From positions 960,001 to 1,024,000 of the forward strand of contig OY762463.1 in NCBI GenBank assembly GCA_963665815.1: a DNA stretch of 64,000 nucleotides. Reading direction: 5' to 3'. Positions 61,763 to 64,000 of the stretch are shown here, piece after piece; the stretch's first letter is position 1, and every line of letters starts with the position of its first letter. The stretch is from Candidatus Cloacimonadales bacterium (GTDB lineage: Bacteria > Cloacimonadota > Cloacimonadia > Cloacimonadales > JAIOQZ01). The position numbers and the translations under genes were made by a program. Under the pieces are notes generated by a model that worked only from the letters and a program-made list of their open reading frames with translations, did no database searches and was not told the origin of the DNA.

Positions 61763-63676
61763 TTACTTTTTTTCTTCCGGGGCATGTTCCTGTGAAAACT
61801 GCAAGTTATATAAATGTTGGTATCTGCTGCAGGTTGCAAGCAGCTCTTTGTGCGACCCAACACTGATTATTTCACCTTTATCCATAACAACAATACGATC
61901 AGAAGACAAAATTGTGGAAAGTCTGTGAGCTATCATTACTACAGTTCTGTTCTGTGTTGCTTCCTCTATTGCCATCTGTACTTTTTTCTCAGATTCAGTA
62001 TCCAGAGCACTTGTTGCTTCATCAAAAATCAGAATAGGAGGATCCCCTATGATTGCTCTGGCAATGCATAATCTCTGTTTTTGTCCACCGGAAAAATTCG
62101 ATCCCCTTGAATGTAAAACGGTGTCATAACCATCAGGTAAATCTTCAATAAACTCAGCAGCATGAGCTATCTCAGCAGCCTTCTTTACTTCCTCCAGAGT
62201 AACATCACGGTGAGATCCATAAAGAATATTATTATATACAGAGTCACTGAATAATATAGACTCCTGTGTCACGATTCCAAAGAGTTTTCTCAATGAAGAT
62301 ATTTTCAGATCCCTGATCGGAACTCCATCGATAAGAATATCACCTTCCTTAATATCATACAATCGAGGTAGCAGATTGACAAGTGTTGTTTTTCCTGAAC
62401 CGGAACCTCCGACAAGTGCGATCTTCTCCCCTTTTTTGATTTCCAGACTAATATCATTAAGAACTTTCTTATCTTCATATGCAAATGAAACATTCTTAAG
62501 TTCAATTGATGCATTAAATTCATTTATCTCTACCGGATTCTGTTTTTCAATAATTTCAGGTTCTAAATCCAGTACCCAGGAAATCCTTTCCAGAGAGACT
62601 CTGGCTTTCTGAATATTACTGTAGGACTTAGCTATATCTTTAATTGGATGAAGCAGAGAAAACACAGCTGATGCGAATAAGAAAAATTGACCAAATGTAA
62701 AACCAATATTCGGATCAAGCACCATTTTTCCACCAATTAAAATCATTATAACACCGGTAGTTGTAGCATTAATTTCCGATAAAGGAAAATTTATAGCTGC
62801 ATAAATTTCTGCTTTTCGCCAGAATCTGTAGTGTTTTGTGTTTATCCGCTTGATTTTATTAATCTCTTTTTCTTCTTTTGAGAATGCTTTAACAATCTTC
62901 ATACTATTCAAAGCTTCTTCAATTGAAGAAAACATATCTGAAAACTGTCCCTGTACTCTTCGGGCATATTTTTTAATCTTCTTACCAAGATAATTGATGC
63001 AGATTGTAAAAATTGGTAATACTATTATACTTATAAGCAGAAGCTTCCAATTTATAAGAATTGCCATGAAGAGGTATACCAGAACAAGACCTGTTTGTTT
63101 AAATATACTGAAAACAGGAATAAAAAAGCCATTACTGACCTGCTCGACATCATTAACCATTCTGACAAGTGAATCACCTGCTCGATTCTGGTTGAAGAAG
63201 GCTATTGTCTGTCTTGTATAGTTCTCAAACATCAGGTTTCTGATATCCTTTACAGTCTTTCCTCTGAGATTGGTAAACATAACCTTATTCCCATAGAAAA
63301 ATGCATTTTTAAGAATAAATAAGATAACCGTAAGACTTGAAATTATTTTAAGGAGCAAATATGAATCTGTCCTGTTCATCACTCTGTTCAGTATCTCAAG
63401 CACAGGTTTATGGGTATCAATTTTCAATAATGATGTATCTTCATCAATCCCGGAGTAATAGCTTTTTATTTCCCCTGCAAGTTCACCTTTGAATTCCGAA
63501 TAAGTTGTCAATTCAACCTTCTTATCCTGCACCTTGAAAATATTATCCATAATTGGGACAATAACTGTAATGCTGGCTCCACTGAAAGCGGCAAAACCTA
63601 TCATAAATATAAAACCAACAGTTAATGATCCCCAATACTTAAACATTATTCTGTATATACGTAACAGATTTTTCAT
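61763..63676 (-). CDS. MsbA-like ABC transporter (TMD plus NBD)
   Basis: GGSGSGKTT, FSGGQKQR, IFDEATSALD, IAHRLST; N-terminal TMD. Confidence 0.93.
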   Translation of the reverse strand: MKNLLRIYRIMFKYWGSLTVGFIFMIGFAAFSGASITVIVPIMDNIFKVQDKKVELTTYSEFKGELAGEIKSYYSGIDEDTSLLKIDTHKPVLEILNRVMNRTDSYLLLKIISSLTVILFILKNAFFYGNKVMFTNLRGKTVKDIRNLMFENYTRQTIAFFNQNRAGDSLVRMVNDVEQVSNGFFIPVFSIFKQTGLVLVYLFMAILINWKLLLISIIVLPIFTICINYLGKKIKKYARRVQGQFSDMFSSIEEALNSMKIVKAFSKEEKEINKIKRINTKHYRFWRKAEIYAAINFPLSEINATTTGVIMILIGGKMVLDPNIGFTFGQFFLFASAVFSLLHPIKDIAKSYSNIQKARVSLERISWVLDLEPEIIEKQNPVEINEFNASIELKNVSFAYEDKKVLNDISLEIKKGEKIALVGGSGSGKTTLVNLLPRLYDIKEGDILIDGVPIRDLKISSLRKLFGIVTQESILFSDSVYNNILYGSHRDVTLEEVKKAAEIAHAAEFIEDLPDGYDTVLHSRGSNFSGGQKQRLCIARAIIGDPPILIFDEATSALDTESEKKVQMAIEEATQNRTVVMIAHRLSTILSSDRIVVMDKGEIISVGSHKELLATCSRYQHLYNLQFSQEHAPEEKK

Positions 63677-63872
63677 ATATTTTCCTTGAATTTTTACAAT
63701 TTATCTCATTATCCAAAAATAGTATTCTGTTTTATTGTCAATGAATAATAACCTTACAATCACCTTTTTTGCTTTAATATTACGGTTTTTTGAAAAAAGT
63801 CTAAAACAAATTGACAATCAATACAGCATTACAACATAAATTTACACAAATTAAAGATTAATAAGGTGATAC

Positions 63873-64000
63873 ATGAAGAACATATATCTTGATTACAATG
63901 CAACTACTCCATTACATCCCGAAGTTAAAACATGTATGATAGAGGCTATGGAGTATTTCGGAAATCCATCAAGCACACATAAATTTGGTATTGAAGCAAA
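63873..64000 (+). CDS. Cysteine desulfurase (IscS/NifS family), partial
   Basis: MKNIYLDYNATTPLHPEV...FGNPSSTH.FG; runs off window end. Confidence 0.9.
   Translation, partial: MKNIYLDYNATTPLHPEVKTCMIEAMEYFGNPSSTHKFGIEA

Overview
This is an AT-rich bacterial chromosome segment. It is probably from Cloacimonadota or another FCB-group lineage, inferred from a 'NYPNPFNPETTI...YNLKGQKVKTL' FlgD-Ig/T9SS-type C-terminal domain, BamA and giant beta-helix surface proteins. Ordinary content includes bamA, tRNA-Pro and tRNA-Val, dtd, rimO, an MsbA-like ABC transporter, a DAHP synthase, a speD-pdaD-speE-speB polyamine operon, a DUF134/NifX/Fe-S P-loop ATPase operon and a partial cysteine desulfurase. 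The main discovery candidate is a compact, apparently intact 12.5-kb tailed-virion module at 20862-33321. It encodes a scaffold, a BPP-1/epsilon15-type major capsid and cement protein, neck genes, a tail tube, a tail chaperone with a -1 slippery site, a very short tape measure, tail-tip proteins and a holin-like gene. Two lipoproteins follow, then TerS-like, TerL and portal genes. I see no integrase, repressor, replication gene, endolysin or att repeats, and the gene order is permuted. This pattern fits a domesticated gene-transfer-agent (GTA)-like element, although a cryptic prophage cannot be excluded. Secondary observations include two single-base frameshifts in simple repeats, a methyltransferase whose two halves lie in reversed order around the polyamine operon, a shared 'RKFYxVK' C-terminal domain on two giant proteins, and REP/MITE-like structured DNA. 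All calls come from motif recognition by eye; no database searches were run.
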